Positions 34,612 to 43,840 of a stretch of 64,000 nucleotides of DNA are shown piece by piece (the stretch's first letter is position 1; every line of letters begins with the position of its first letter). The DNA is taken from positions 1-64,000 of IMG/VR virus record IMGVR_UViG_3300021962_000046. One strand, 5' to 3'. The notes beneath the pieces were generated by a model that had not been told where the DNA came from, made no database searches, and was given only the letters and a program-made list of their open reading frames with translations. A program made the position numbers and the translations under genes. Source of the stretch: a virus.

Positions 34612-35427
34612 ATGTCAAACTTGCCAACAACTGGATTTATACCCGCTCCTGTTTTTATAAAACCAGAAGAAAAATTTTCAGTATTAAAAAATACAGAAAA
34701 ACCAGCTGTTTCTTGTTATTGCAGCACTTATGGAAGACCTACAAGGCTTCTGGAAAGTTCTATTCAATGTTTTTTGAATCAAGATTATGATGGTCCCAAA
34801 GAGCTTGTTATACTAAATGATTTCAATCAACAAGAGTTGGTTTTTGATCATCCCGAAGTAAGGATTATAAATCATCCCGAAAGAATAAAGCCTCTAGGCA
34901 GAAAATTCAACGAAAATATCAAATTGTGCAAGTATGATATACTTGCCTGTTGGGAAGACGATGATATTTTTCTTCCAAATAGACTTTCTTACAGCATTGC
35001 AAACATGCGTAATGGAATATTCCATACTCATCATGCTTTCTTTGAACAAGCAGAAAAAAGTTTTATAAAATCACAAAATATTTTCCACAGCACACATGTT
35101 TTCACAAGGGAACTTTTTAACCAAGTTGGTGGGTATCCAGAAATAGACCAATGTAGTGTCGATATTTCAATAATGGATAGGTTTAGGCAAGCAGTTGGAA
35201 ATTACACACAAGATATAAATGATACAAAAGATTATGTTTATTGTTATGTTTGGGGTGGCGCACAATCATATCATGGTAGTGGATGGGGAGCCTCAAACAC
35301 AAATGTTTCTGATTCAGCTACAGACATAGTACAGATGCAAATTGGACAAGGCCATGTTCGTACAGGCGTAATAAATCTGGAACCGAAATTAAGATATAAT
35401 TTTTATGATTATCTACCAAGAGATTAA
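34612..35427 (+). CDS. Glycosyltransferase family 2
   Basis: VSCYCSTYGRP, FLNQDY..KELVILND, LGRKFN, WEDDD.FLPNRL. Confidence 0.85.
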   Translation: MSNLPTTGFIPAPVFIKPEEKFSVLKNTEKPAVSCYCSTYGRPTRLLESSIQCFLNQDYDGPKELVILNDFNQQELVFDHPEVRIINHPERIKPLGRKFNENIKLCKYDILACWEDDDIFLPNRLSYSIANMRNGIFHTHHAFFEQAEKSFIKSQNIFHSTHVFTRELFNQVGGYPEIDQCSVDISIMDRFRQAVGNYTQDINDTKDYVYCYVWGGAQSYHGSGWGASNTNVSDSATDIVQMQIGQGHVRTGVINLEPKLRYNFYDYLPRD

Positions 35428-35437
35428 AGGAGATTGA

Positions 35438-36313
35438 ATGTCTAAGTTAGATGAGATTTTTGAAAACAAAATAAACACACCGGGAGATATCTCGGAACAT
35501 CTTTTGACACTTAAAAAATATGCAGAAAGATGTGATGTTGTTGTCGAACTTGGTGTTCGCTGGTTGTGCAGCACCTATGCATTTCTTTCAGCAAGACCAA
35601 AGAAATTGTTGTCATTCGACACAGTACATTACAGGAGTCACGGAGCATCTGAAGAAGATTTAAATGAATCTGTTTCAGAATCGGGCACTAGCTTCGAATT
35701 CTTCCAAGAGAATGTCATCACAACAACAAACATTCCAGAATGTGATCTGTTGTTTATTGATACTCTTCATAGTTACAAACAATTAAAATTAGAACTATAT
35801 CTACATGCTACAAAAGCAAGAAAGTACATAATTTTACACGATGTTGTAACATATGGAAATCAAAACGAAGGAGAAGTTGTTTTGCCTGAAAGTTCTTCAG
35901 AAGAAACAAAAAATTATTTTAATTTATTGGTAGAAAGAAAAGGATTAATGCCAGCCGTAACTGAATTCCTCAATGAAAACAACGAATGGAAAATTTGTGA
36001 ATTTTTCGAAAACAACAATGGCTTATGCGTTTTAGAAAAAGTTCCTGTCAATACTGTAAATGGCTTGCCTGTTACTGTAAATGATGCAACCACAACATTT
36101 GTTGAAACACAAAACAAACCATTTGATACAAACACATGTGTCAAAGAAACGAATGTTGATAGTTCAGAAGTTGTTGCAGAACCAACTGTCACGAAAGAAA
36201 CATATCCAGAATTGCCAGATGTAAGACTTGAAATGCCAGAGAATAATCCAGAGCCACAACCAGAAAAGAAGAGTTTGCTGAAGCGAGTTCTTGGTTGGTT
36301 TGGCTGGAAGTAA
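35438..36313 (+). CDS. Class I SAM methyltransferase (Methyltransf_24-like) with low-complexity linker and basic amphipathic tail
   Basis: VVELGVR, DLLFIDTLHSY, IILHD, NNNGL; ends KKSLLKRVLGWFGWK. Confidence 0.8.
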   Translation: MSKLDEIFENKINTPGDISEHLLTLKKYAERCDVVVELGVRWLCSTYAFLSARPKKLLSFDTVHYRSHGASEEDLNESVSESGTSFEFFQENVITTTNIPECDLLFIDTLHSYKQLKLELYLHATKARKYIILHDVVTYGNQNEGEVVLPESSSEETKNYFNLLVERKGLMPAVTEFLNENNEWKICEFFENNNGLCVLEKVPVNTVNGLPVTVNDATTTFVETQNKPFDTNTCVKETNVDSSEVVAEPTVTKETYPELPDVRLEMPENNPEPQPEKKSLLKRVLGWFGWK

Positions 36314-38308
36314 TCAAGACTTCAAATTATTCAACAATGTTTCGGCCCGTATTCCAGCAATACGGGCTGCTTCATTTATATTTTCCATAATTTTATTTTT
36401 ATCAGTAAAGCCATTTTCATAAAGCTTCTCTGCTTTTATTTTCCCAACACCTTTAATGTCAATAATTTCAACCAGTCTTGCCGGAACACCATGCTGCATC
36501 CTTTTTCCCAGAAGTCTAAAAAAATCTTTCTTGTTCCACTTCTTTGACATTGAATCTATGGCATGTAAAACAGCAACAATCCTTGGAAAATCTTGTTGCA
36601 TATTCTTCATTATTGACGCATATTTCGCATCATATTGACCATACAAAACCTTGTTGTAAAGATAAGCTGTCTTCAATATGTTTTCTGGATAATCTTTTTT
36701 CGCAACACTCTTAACTTTTTTCAAAAAGGAAGACATGGCATATTTGTCATCTTTGTTCAAAGAACCAATAAGATTTTTTGATGTGTTGGATAATGCCAAA
36801 CATACTTCTACATCATCTATGGTTGGTTTTTTAAAAAGAACAGAAAAGTTTCTTGCCCAGCTGGCTATTTGAAGTGGCTCTGCATAGAAAAAAACAGAAA
36901 CTTTACCCAAGCCGGTCAAAACAAAATCCCCGGTAACATCATCTTTCAAAAGTATTCCTGTATTGCACAGTTTCTCAAATGTTATTTCTAGAATGTCTTT
37001 TTTCAATTTCTTGTTTTGGAAAAAAGCCAAAGTTCTTGAGAACCAAACTTCAGCATCTTGTATTGTCTTTATTGTTCCAGAATAAACTTCATAAAGAATA
37101 TGGAACGCAAGTTTTTCATAATCGCCAGCATTAGACAAATCCAACATTCTTGAATGTATTTCTTGCGGTGTCAAAACGATCTTTTGCAACTCCCTTCTTT
37201 TGCTGTTTGGAAAGAAAACATAAGCATCACCTTCGGGATCAAAAGCTGGCCTTCCTGCACGGCCAACCATCTGTAGGATGTCATAAGAAGCAACTATCTC
37301 ATTGCCTCTTGAAATACCCATAATTACAACTCTTCTTGCCGGGAGATTAACACCCCACGCCAAAGTACTTGTTGCAACAATAACACGCATATTTTTATCA
37401 TTCTTAAATGCGTTCTCCAAATTAGCTCTTTGTGTTTTATCCAGATTGGCATTATGAAATTCTGATTTTATTCCACGCCTCATCAATTCTTGTATGACCA
37501 ATTCGCCCATTTTTTTAGTATGAACAAAAACTAAAAATTTATCATTTATAAATCTTTGTATAACTTTGCAACCCTCATCAATTAATTCCAGATAAGGTGC
37601 CCTAATTGCTGATTCATCGTCATAAACACAAGAATGAATGTTTAATTTACATGGCCTGTAAGTACTTCTAAGTATGAAAGTTTCTTTTCCGTTTAAAATG
37701 TAACCCATCCATTTCGCTATATCATCAACATTTGGCATGGTTGCTGACAACAATATTATTCTTGTGGCTGGATTGATTTTGGTTATATTCATCAACGCAG
37801 ATTCAAGGTGATCTCCTCTGCCTTCGACAGTAAGCAAGTGAGATTCATCAACAACAATAACACCACACTCATCGATCCATTTTTTATTTTTCGAAGAAAC
37901 CCTCAATTTATGATTCAACATTTCTGATGTCATAATAATAACATCAGAATCATCAAAGTTAAGTTGTTCGAGATCGCCCTTGTAATCACCTGTAAGGATG
38001 CTTATTTTCAGATCAGAAAAATGATGTTTTTCTGCTGTCCAATCTTGGTACTTTTCGTTTGCCAAGGCTCTCAGAGGGCACAAGAAAATAAATTTCTTCT
38101 TCAATTGTCTTATTGCAAAGCTACCAAACATTTCTGATACAACAGTTTTGCCAGCACTTGTTGATGCTGCCACAAGACCATTGCAATTCTTGTCAACAAA
38201 AGAATAAAGAGAAGATTGAACTGGATTGAATTTTTCAAAAGGAAATTTGGCCCATTTAAATTCTGAAGTTGGGATTAATTCTTGTGCGTCAGTTATGTGA
38301 TTGATCAT
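36314..38308 (-). CDS. Ski2-like (Hel308/Hjm-type) SF2 helicase with C-terminal HhH
   Basis: FNPVQ (Q motif), TSAGKT, DESH, LSAT, TSTLAWGVNLPA, QMVGRAGRP, IKGVGKIKA. Confidence 0.9.
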   Translation of the reverse strand: MINHITDAQELIPTSEFKWAKFPFEKFNPVQSSLYSFVDKNCNGLVAASTSAGKTVVSEMFGSFAIRQLKKKFIFLCPLRALANEKYQDWTAEKHHFSDLKISILTGDYKGDLEQLNFDDSDVIIMTSEMLNHKLRVSSKNKKWIDECGVIVVDESHLLTVEGRGDHLESALMNITKINPATRIILLSATMPNVDDIAKWMGYILNGKETFILRSTYRPCKLNIHSCVYDDESAIRAPYLELIDEGCKVIQRFINDKFLVFVHTKKMGELVIQELMRRGIKSEFHNANLDKTQRANLENAFKNDKNMRVIVATSTLAWGVNLPARRVVIMGISRGNEIVASYDILQMVGRAGRPAFDPEGDAYVFFPNSKRRELQKIVLTPQEIHSRMLDLSNAGDYEKLAFHILYEVYSGTIKTIQDAEVWFSRTLAFFQNKKLKKDILEITFEKLCNTGILLKDDVTGDFVLTGLGKVSVFFYAEPLQIASWARNFSVLFKKPTIDDVEVCLALSNTSKNLIGSLNKDDKYAMSSFLKKVKSVAKKDYPENILKTAYLYNKVLYGQYDAKYASIMKNMQQDFPRIVAVLHAIDSMSKKWNKKDFFRLLGKRMQHGVPARLVEIIDIKGVGKIKAEKLYENGFTDKNKIMENINEAARIAGIRAETLLNNLKS

Positions 38309-38321
38309 AATTGTATTGTAT

Positions 38322-38362
38322 CAAAAAAACAAAAAAAACAAGCCGGATAAAAATCCGGCTTG
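38322..38362 (-). terminator. Intrinsic terminator
   Basis: Perfect 10-bp stem CAAGCCGGAT/ATCCGGCTTG followed by T runs on the minus strand. Confidence 0.7.
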
Positions 38363-38412
38363 CGATGATTGGATGAAATTGGAATCACCCCCTTAAAATA
38401 AAAAATATCCAA

Positions 38413-38712
38413 TCATGCTAATTGCTCCAGCTTACCACCTCTCTTCTCGTATTCCTTTACACAACACTTGGAAAGTAAATCAAGGCTCCTGTGGAAATCT
38501 TCACTCGTCCTAGATGTTGACAAAATCTTGTTCACATTAAAATCTTCAGAATCTTCATCGAATGTCATCTGCTCAAGGTTCAAAAAAACATCATATAAAT
38601 CATCCTGATATCTCCAATACAACCTACTAGTGATATCTTGCAATTCACTATCAGTCAAAGAATTACAAAAATTTTTAAAAATAACATCAACTTTCTTCTT
38701 GGCACCCTTCAT
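38413..38712 (-). CDS. Hypothetical protein
   Basis: ORF track; start moved to MKGAKKK, which has SD GGAG. Confidence 0.6.
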   Translation of the reverse strand: MKGAKKKVDVIFKNFCNSLTDSELQDITSRLYWRYQDDLYDVFLNLEQMTFDEDSEDFNVNKILSTSRTSEDFHRSLDLLSKCCVKEYEKRGGKLEQLA

Positions 38713-38836
38713 CACATACTCCAAGTAAAAATTAGTGTCATAAAGAGACACAAAGCTGAAACATAATAGTGTCATTTTTGACACAATTTATTATATTCAT
38801 AATATAAAAGATGTTCAAATTATCTGACTCAACTGT

Positions 38837-38844
38837 TATAAATA
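38837..38844 (+). promoter_or_regulatory. T4-like late promoter TATAAATA
   Basis: Exact match upstream of the likely start at 38877. Confidence 0.4.
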
Positions 38845-38876
38845 CTATGCAACCTTTTATTAAAAAGGATACTCCT

Positions 38877-39176
38877 ATGAAAACAAATAAAATACAATCA
38901 ATGCTAATCAGTCACCTTATGAAATATGGGACTATTCAGCTAAAATTACCAGATAATGTTACATTAGAAATAGGAATTACAGCGGAGGACAAAGAAGGAA
39001 ATATTAAAAAAACTGAGGACTATTGTTGGGTTATAGCTGCCCAAGAAAACAGGGCTACCTGTTTAGACAGCTACAATATTGGAATTCGGTTTGATGATGA
39101 AAAGAAAGCAATTGTTTTAGATGACAGCTTTATAGACTGCGAGGGGAATCAAATAAGACAGCTAAATGTAGTTTGA
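38877..39176 (+). CDS. Hypothetical protein
   Basis: ORF 38811..39176; likely start MKTNK with SD AAGGA. Confidence 0.6.
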   Translation: MKTNKIQSMLISHLMKYGTIQLKLPDNVTLEIGITAEDKEGNIKKTEDYCWVIAAQENRATCLDSYNIGIRFDDEKKAIVLDDSFIDCEGNQIRQLNVV

Positions 39177-39611
39177 TCATTCAAACAAACAGGCAAATTC
39201 GTAGTTTAGATATTTTTCTGTTCTTATTTCTTTATTGTATGAAAGTTTGTTCCCGTTCATGTCCATAAGACATGTCCAACAACAAACTTGACGACCATCT
39301 TTAAAGAAATTGAAGTATACTATTTTTTCTAAACCTAAAAATGCCGACCCTATCTTAAAGACAACATGAAAAGGCAATGATATCAAATGTTTTGAAAATA
39401 TTTGAACATTGCTGGCTATGTTTTCGTCTATCTCAAACTCTGTATAACTAATACAAACATCATAACCATCAATTTGAAACTCCCATGTCTTATAGGGAGT
39501 TATTTTTACTTCTACTTCAGGCGAAACTCTAGGATATGTAAAAGGACGCAATACCCTTCCAAATATCTTCAACAATCTCACACCGTCTTTAAAAGATTTT
39601 ACTTTAATCAT
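39177..39611 (-). CDS. Hypothetical protein
   Basis: 144-aa ORF with ATGA overlap to the amidoligase gene. Confidence 0.65.
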   Translation of the reverse strand: MIKVKSFKDGVRLLKIFGRVLRPFTYPRVSPEVEVKITPYKTWEFQIDGYDVCISYTEFEIDENIASNVQIFSKHLISLPFHVVFKIGSAFLGLEKIVYFNFFKDGRQVCCWTCLMDMNGNKLSYNKEIRTEKYLNYEFACLFE

Positions 39612-40543
39612 TTTTGAACTTCCAAAATATTGATTGAATGATCTATATCATCTTTTGAAAACTCTATTATTTTTTCCCAAACAGGATTTTTCACCCCAAG
39701 TCCATCTGCTTTCTGTGCTAATTTCAATTTTTCAGCAATCCATCCACAAATGTTTTTATCATTGAAAAAACCATCAAAATCCATGAAGCTAATTGTTTCA
39801 GGAAAATTAGCATATGACATTGATTTAATCCATTTTTCCATACTAATGTCCTTTGCTCTTTCAACAAAGCAAATTAAAATTTTACACCAGTTTACAGCAT
39901 CAATAGAATTTATACAAGCATTGTTACCCATAATCCTAAATTCCATAGTTTTTTTTCTTTTTTTCTTATAATGATACAAATTAATTGCATAATACTTATA
40001 TTCACTCAGCCTTCTCAACATATTCGAATAAGTTAAAGCCTCATGTTTATCAAAAATTGCCGAAAAACCTATTGGCTGACAATAATGATTCAACCACCTG
40101 TCATTGTTAGTTAACAAATAAAAAAACAATTCATTTCTAACCCAATTTAAAAAAAGATTCCAAACTTGATTTTCAGACAAATCCTCAATTTCAACATGAA
40201 CATGAAAGCTGCAACGACCATCAGATCTGGCAAATTTACTATCATTTAAACCATCAACAACATCTTTTAATTGATGAATAGCCTCGCTGGCAACCATCGG
40301 TGGACTACATACTTCCAACCCACAACTAGAATCTGGTTTTACAACCCATGCATTGTTATTGTTTGTATATTGCCAACCATTAACATCAACGCTTTTGCCA
40401 ATTTTTTTAGCAATCGAATTTGAATATGAAAAAATACCAACGGGAAGATTGTTTTTATCTTTAGATCTTGAATTATTATCAAGAGCATTGTACTCAAGCT
40501 CCACACCAAATCTTCTATTACACCTATCAAATAAACTATGCAT
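39608..40543 (-). CDS. Putative amidoligase (COOH-NH2 ligase, Amidoligase_2 type)
   Basis: RFGVELEY, W.VKPDSS..LEVCSPP, CSFHVHV, KY.AIN, TMEFR. Confidence 0.85.
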   Translation of the reverse strand: MHSLFDRCNRRFGVELEYNALDNNSRSKDKNNLPVGIFSYSNSIAKKIGKSVDVNGWQYTNNNNAWVVKPDSSCGLEVCSPPMVASEAIHQLKDVVDGLNDSKFARSDGRCSFHVHVEIEDLSENQVWNLFLNWVRNELFFYLLTNNDRWLNHYCQPIGFSAIFDKHEALTYSNMLRRLSEYKYYAINLYHYKKKRKKTMEFRIMGNNACINSIDAVNWCKILICFVERAKDISMEKWIKSMSYANFPETISFMDFDGFFNDKNICGWIAEKLKLAQKADGLGVKNPVWEKIIEFSKDDIDHSINILEVQK

Positions 40544-40601
40544 AATTAGAACTCAATTTGCCTTGTTAATATCATTATAGTAGAATATTTAAGGGGCTTT
40601 T

Positions 40602-41078
40602 ATGGCAGATAAATTATGTTTAATGCTTCAATGCAATAATGATAAAAATATTTTTTTATCGAAAAAGTACCTGAAACAATTAATCGAATTCATAAAAGAA
40701 TTTGATATTAAAGCACATTACGCCAAAACAGACCAAAACAACATAATATCAATAGAAAAACTTCCCGAAGTTTTTTGTGACCAATCATATGCTGGTGCAA
40801 GGGAATATAAAATAATAAACAGAAACATTCTAAAAAAGAACAATAATCGTGGAAATATATTGATGAAAGCAAGCGAAATTAGAACAATAATAAAAGAAAC
40901 ACTTATAAAAAATAAAAAGATCTCATTCAAGGAAATCCAAAAACAATTTATTCAAGAAAATATTTCAACCAGCGCACTAAGCAATCATTTCAGCCAAGTA
41001 AGACAAGAATTAGTAAATCGTGGAATAAACATAATAAAAGTAAAAAATGGATTATATGAAATGGAGGAGGGATTTTAA
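40602..41078 (+). CDS. Hypothetical protein with possible C-terminal winged helix
   Basis: ISFKEIQKQF..ISTSALSNHFSQVRQEL..RGINIIKVKNGLY resembles an HTH plus wing. SD AGGGG. Confidence 0.55.
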   Translation: MADKLCLMLQCNNDKNIFLSKKYLKQLIEFIKEFDIKAHYAKTDQNNIISIEKLPEVFCDQSYAGAREYKIINRNILKKNNNRGNILMKASEIRTIIKETLIKNKKISFKEIQKQFIQENISTSALSNHFSQVRQELVNRGINIIKVKNGLYEMEEGF

Positions 41079-41100
41079 TATCTCCCCTCCTCCATTTTTA
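41059..41100 (+). terminator. Terminator hairpin between convergent genes
   Basis: 13-bp stem AAATGGAGGAGGG/CCCTCCTCCATTT plus T run. Confidence 0.6.
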
Positions 41101-41104
41101 AAAA

Positions 41105-41356
41105 TCAATAAGCCAATTTCTGAGCATTCACATCTGCCAAAACCAAATCAACAAACTCAGAATATGTGATTTCTGGATTTTCTTTTATTTCTATTCTTCT
41201 GCTCGTATCTAATCTATTTTCTATTTCATAAACAACATCAATAAAATCTAAACTATCCATACCAATATCTTTTAAAGGTATGGACTTTTGATCTTGCTCG
41301 ATCTTCTTGCCCAAAACAGTCTCAAAGCAATCATCAATCACTTGTTCGTATTGCAT
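41105..41356 (-). CDS. Acyl carrier protein-like (83 aa)
   Basis: LKDIGMDSLDFIDVVYEIE phosphopantetheine-attachment motif; acidic; SD GGAGG before the ATG at 41356. Confidence 0.85.
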   Translation of the reverse strand: MQYEQVIDDCFETVLGKKIEQDQKSIPLKDIGMDSLDFIDVVYEIENRLDTSRRIEIKENPEITYSEFVDLVLADVNAQKLAY

Positions 41357-41384
41357 ACATCCTCCATGATTTGAGTATACATTC

Positions 41385-41420
41385 AGCAAGCAGGCATAGT
41401 TTAAACCATGCCTGCTTGCT
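41385..41420. other. Perfect 13-bp inverted repeat between recA/uvsX and the ACP gene
   Basis: AGCAAGCAGGCAT/ATGCCTGCTTGCT; no clear U tail on the minus strand. Confidence 0.7.
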
Positions 41421-41430
41421 TTGTCAAACA

Positions 41431-43737
41431 TTAACCAAGCATTTCATCAATTTCATCATCAGAATCACCAGCATCAAAAGCTTCTACATCTGGTGATTCC
41501 GTTGCATCTATGGCACTCATAAATGGTTCCAAATATGCAAGAACTTCTTCTTTTGTATTGGCATCAATCAATTTAGGACAATCAATCAATACCTGAATTG
41601 GAACATCATTTCTTTCAATAGAAGACTTAAATTTATATTCTTCTTCTGTTGATGCGTATTCTGGCTTGACTTTAAAGTTGCCAGCACCAGAGGCAATTAT
41701 TCTTTCAGCATCAAGCAAAGCACCCAGCAATCCTCCCAGAGGATTCATGCCTTTTTCAAAAAACAAAGGAATGTTTTCTATCTCAATAAATGGTCTCACA
41801 TTCCTGTTTTTCTTGTTGCTAATCTTTATGTTGATGCCGATGCTTTTCTTCTTAGCCAAACCCGGAACCTTCTGTTCAATCTTCTTTTGGGTTTGTGTTC
41901 GGAAGCGAAGAGACGCATAGAATGGAAGTGCATTTCCACCGCCTGCGGTTGTTTCTGGAGAATTATGAACAATTGCACCATCAACTACATAAGTGTGATT
42001 ATCCTCGATTGCAAGATCAAATTTAACCTTAGATTTAGTTGCTGGCTTCTCATGAATAGCAAGAACCATTGATTTTGCTACATCATAAAGCACAGAATCT
42101 TCATCCACTTCTTGAATTTCATAATTGAATTTACCATGAAAATCTGGATGAATCTTATATTGCATAGAATCTGGCACAAATTGAGCAATCATGCTATGCA
42201 ATTTATAAGTATTCTCAGCATCAAATATAAAACCTTTCTTGTCAATTTTAGCTTTCAAACCAAATTTCTTTTCAAAAATAGGAAGCATGTTTTTCATGTT
42301 TTTGAATTTTACACAACACAAACGAGCCTTGCCCTTGCCCCATTTTGCATAATTTCCACCATAAGTGCCATCATCCAAATACCAAATTGCAAGAGCAAGC
42401 AATCCAATCTTTTCAAATGCAATTTGTGGGATCACACAATCTCTGTTTTCCTGACCCCATTTATATTTTGATTTTCTAAAACCGAATTTGTTCAATTCAG
42501 GCATTGGGATTGTATCAAATCCAACTCTGCGCTCTTCAGAGTAAGAATAACCAACCCAAGGCGACAAAATAGATTCCTTCCATAGACAATATTCTGCTTG
42601 TTTTAACCCATGATTGATTCTTAATTGGGTTGCAGAATAGTTCTTTTTGCCAGTCCTTAGACTGCCATCTCCCAAAATTGAACCAATAACAACTTGTTCT
42701 TGTTCTTGAGTCAAATACTTAGGCTGAACTTGTGCCAGAGTATCACCGATTTTAATTTCACCGGCTGGTTTTTCAATAATTTTATCATCCTCCCACACAA
42801 ACATCATGTGGTTAGGTGTTGCTCCAAATTGTGATACACCATTTCCCCAAGGCTTTGTAGCAGTAAATTGCAAAAATTTCTGTCCTTCTTGCAAATTACC
42901 GTTATTGTGCCAAGCAATAACTTTCTTGGGTTCTACAACACCAGTTTTGGTATTATAAGATAATACTTCAACTGGAATCTTTTGATTGACAATTTTGCCA
43001 ATTTTCATGGTACTACCATCTGCCAACATTACCCTGCTTGAATAATGAAAGCACCCATACATAATTCCAATTTTTTCCCTAATTTGGTTCATAATAACAA
43101 CAGAAACATTATTTTCTTCCATTACTGTATTTAATTTACGAAGCTCTTTAGAACAGATCTTGGCTCTTTCTCCAGGTTGCTCATTGGCACCCACGATTTT
43201 TTTAAACTGTTCTTTGGTATATCCTTCAGGAAGATCAACTTCCCTGAACTCTCTGGAGCAAGGACTGACAGAGATAGAATCATAAACAATAACAATAGGC
43301 TTATCAGCATACTTTTTATTTGAACGAATATGCTCGATTGCCCTATACATCACATGAAAACATTTCTCCAAAGTTTCAGGTGTGTATCTGACGATCTTGT
43401 TCAAATCGGCATGGCTTGCTTTTTTAATAAAATCTTTATTAATAGCATTTTCACTATCAATAAGAATTGGAACACCACCAAGCTTTTGGCATCCAAACAG
43501 CAAGTTTGTTCCCAGTAAAGATTTAGAAGAAGCACTAGGCCCATAAATCTCAGTCAGCCTTCCACCCGGAACGCCACCATTTATGAATCTTCCTGAACAA
43601 CAATAATTAATAGCTAAATTTCCTGTATCAATAAAATACTTGCTTTCTTTTTCACCCTCTCCAACAACCTCACCGCCTGTTTCATTGGCTAAGGTTGAAA
43701 AAATATCATCATCAGTTTCTTTCTTTTGACGAGCCAT
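41431..43737 (-). CDS. uvsX: RecA/UvsX-like recombinase with intein
   Basis: IDTG, GRLTEIYGPSASSKS, IDSENA, YDSI, NQIREKIG, PETTAGGNALPFYASLR. Start at MARQKK with SD GAGGT. Confidence 0.9.
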   Translation of the reverse strand: MARQKKETDDDIFSTLANETGGEVVGEGEKESKYFIDTGNLAINYCCSGRFINGGVPGGRLTEIYGPSASSKSLLGTNLLFGCQKLGGVPILIDSENAINKDFIKKASHADLNKIVRYTPETLEKCFHVMYRAIEHIRSNKKYADKPIVIVYDSISVSPCSREFREVDLPEGYTKEQFKKIVGANEQPGERAKICSKELRKLNTVMEENNVSVVIMNQIREKIGIMYGCFHYSSRVMLADGSTMKIGKIVNQKIPVEVLSYNTKTGVVEPKKVIAWHNNGNLQEGQKFLQFTATKPWGNGVSQFGATPNHMMFVWEDDKIIEKPAGEIKIGDTLAQVQPKYLTQEQEQVVIGSILGDGSLRTGKKNYSATQLRINHGLKQAEYCLWKESILSPWVGYSYSEERRVGFDTIPMPELNKFGFRKSKYKWGQENRDCVIPQIAFEKIGLLALAIWYLDDGTYGGNYAKWGKGKARLCCVKFKNMKNMLPIFEKKFGLKAKIDKKGFIFDAENTYKLHSMIAQFVPDSMQYKIHPDFHGKFNYEIQEVDEDSVLYDVAKSMVLAIHEKPATKSKVKFDLAIEDNHTYVVDGAIVHNSPETTAGGGNALPFYASLRFRTQTQKKIEQKVPGLAKKKSIGINIKISNKKNRNVRPFIEIENIPLFFEKGMNPLGGLLGALLDAERIIASGAGNFKVKPEYASTEEEYKFKSSIERNDVPIQVLIDCPKLIDANTKEEVLAYLEPFMSAIDATESPDVEAFDAGDSDDEIDEMLG
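41962..43053 (-). mobile_element. 364-aa intein with LAGLIDADG homing endonuclease at the RecA-b site
   Basis: G|CFHYSSRVMLADG start, ATPNH block B, IGSILGDG and LAIWYLDDG endonuclease motifs, IVHN|S end. Confidence 0.93.
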
Positions 43738-43795
43738 AAAACACCTCTTTTGATTTGCTTGCAACCCAAATTTATAACTTAAAAATGAACACGAA

Positions 43796-43829
43796 GAGAC
43801 ACCCCATACATTAATGCATAGGGTGTCTC
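43796..43829. terminator. Hairpin/possible terminator after the SSB gene
   Basis: GAGACACCC/GGGTGTCTC stem extended by ATACAT/ATGCAT. Confidence 0.5.
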
Positions 43830-43840
43830 AATTGATTGGA

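Noticed and set aside
41357-41431. N-terminal extension of the ACP
   Set aside because: It spans an inverted repeat; the GGAGG SD supports a start at 41356.
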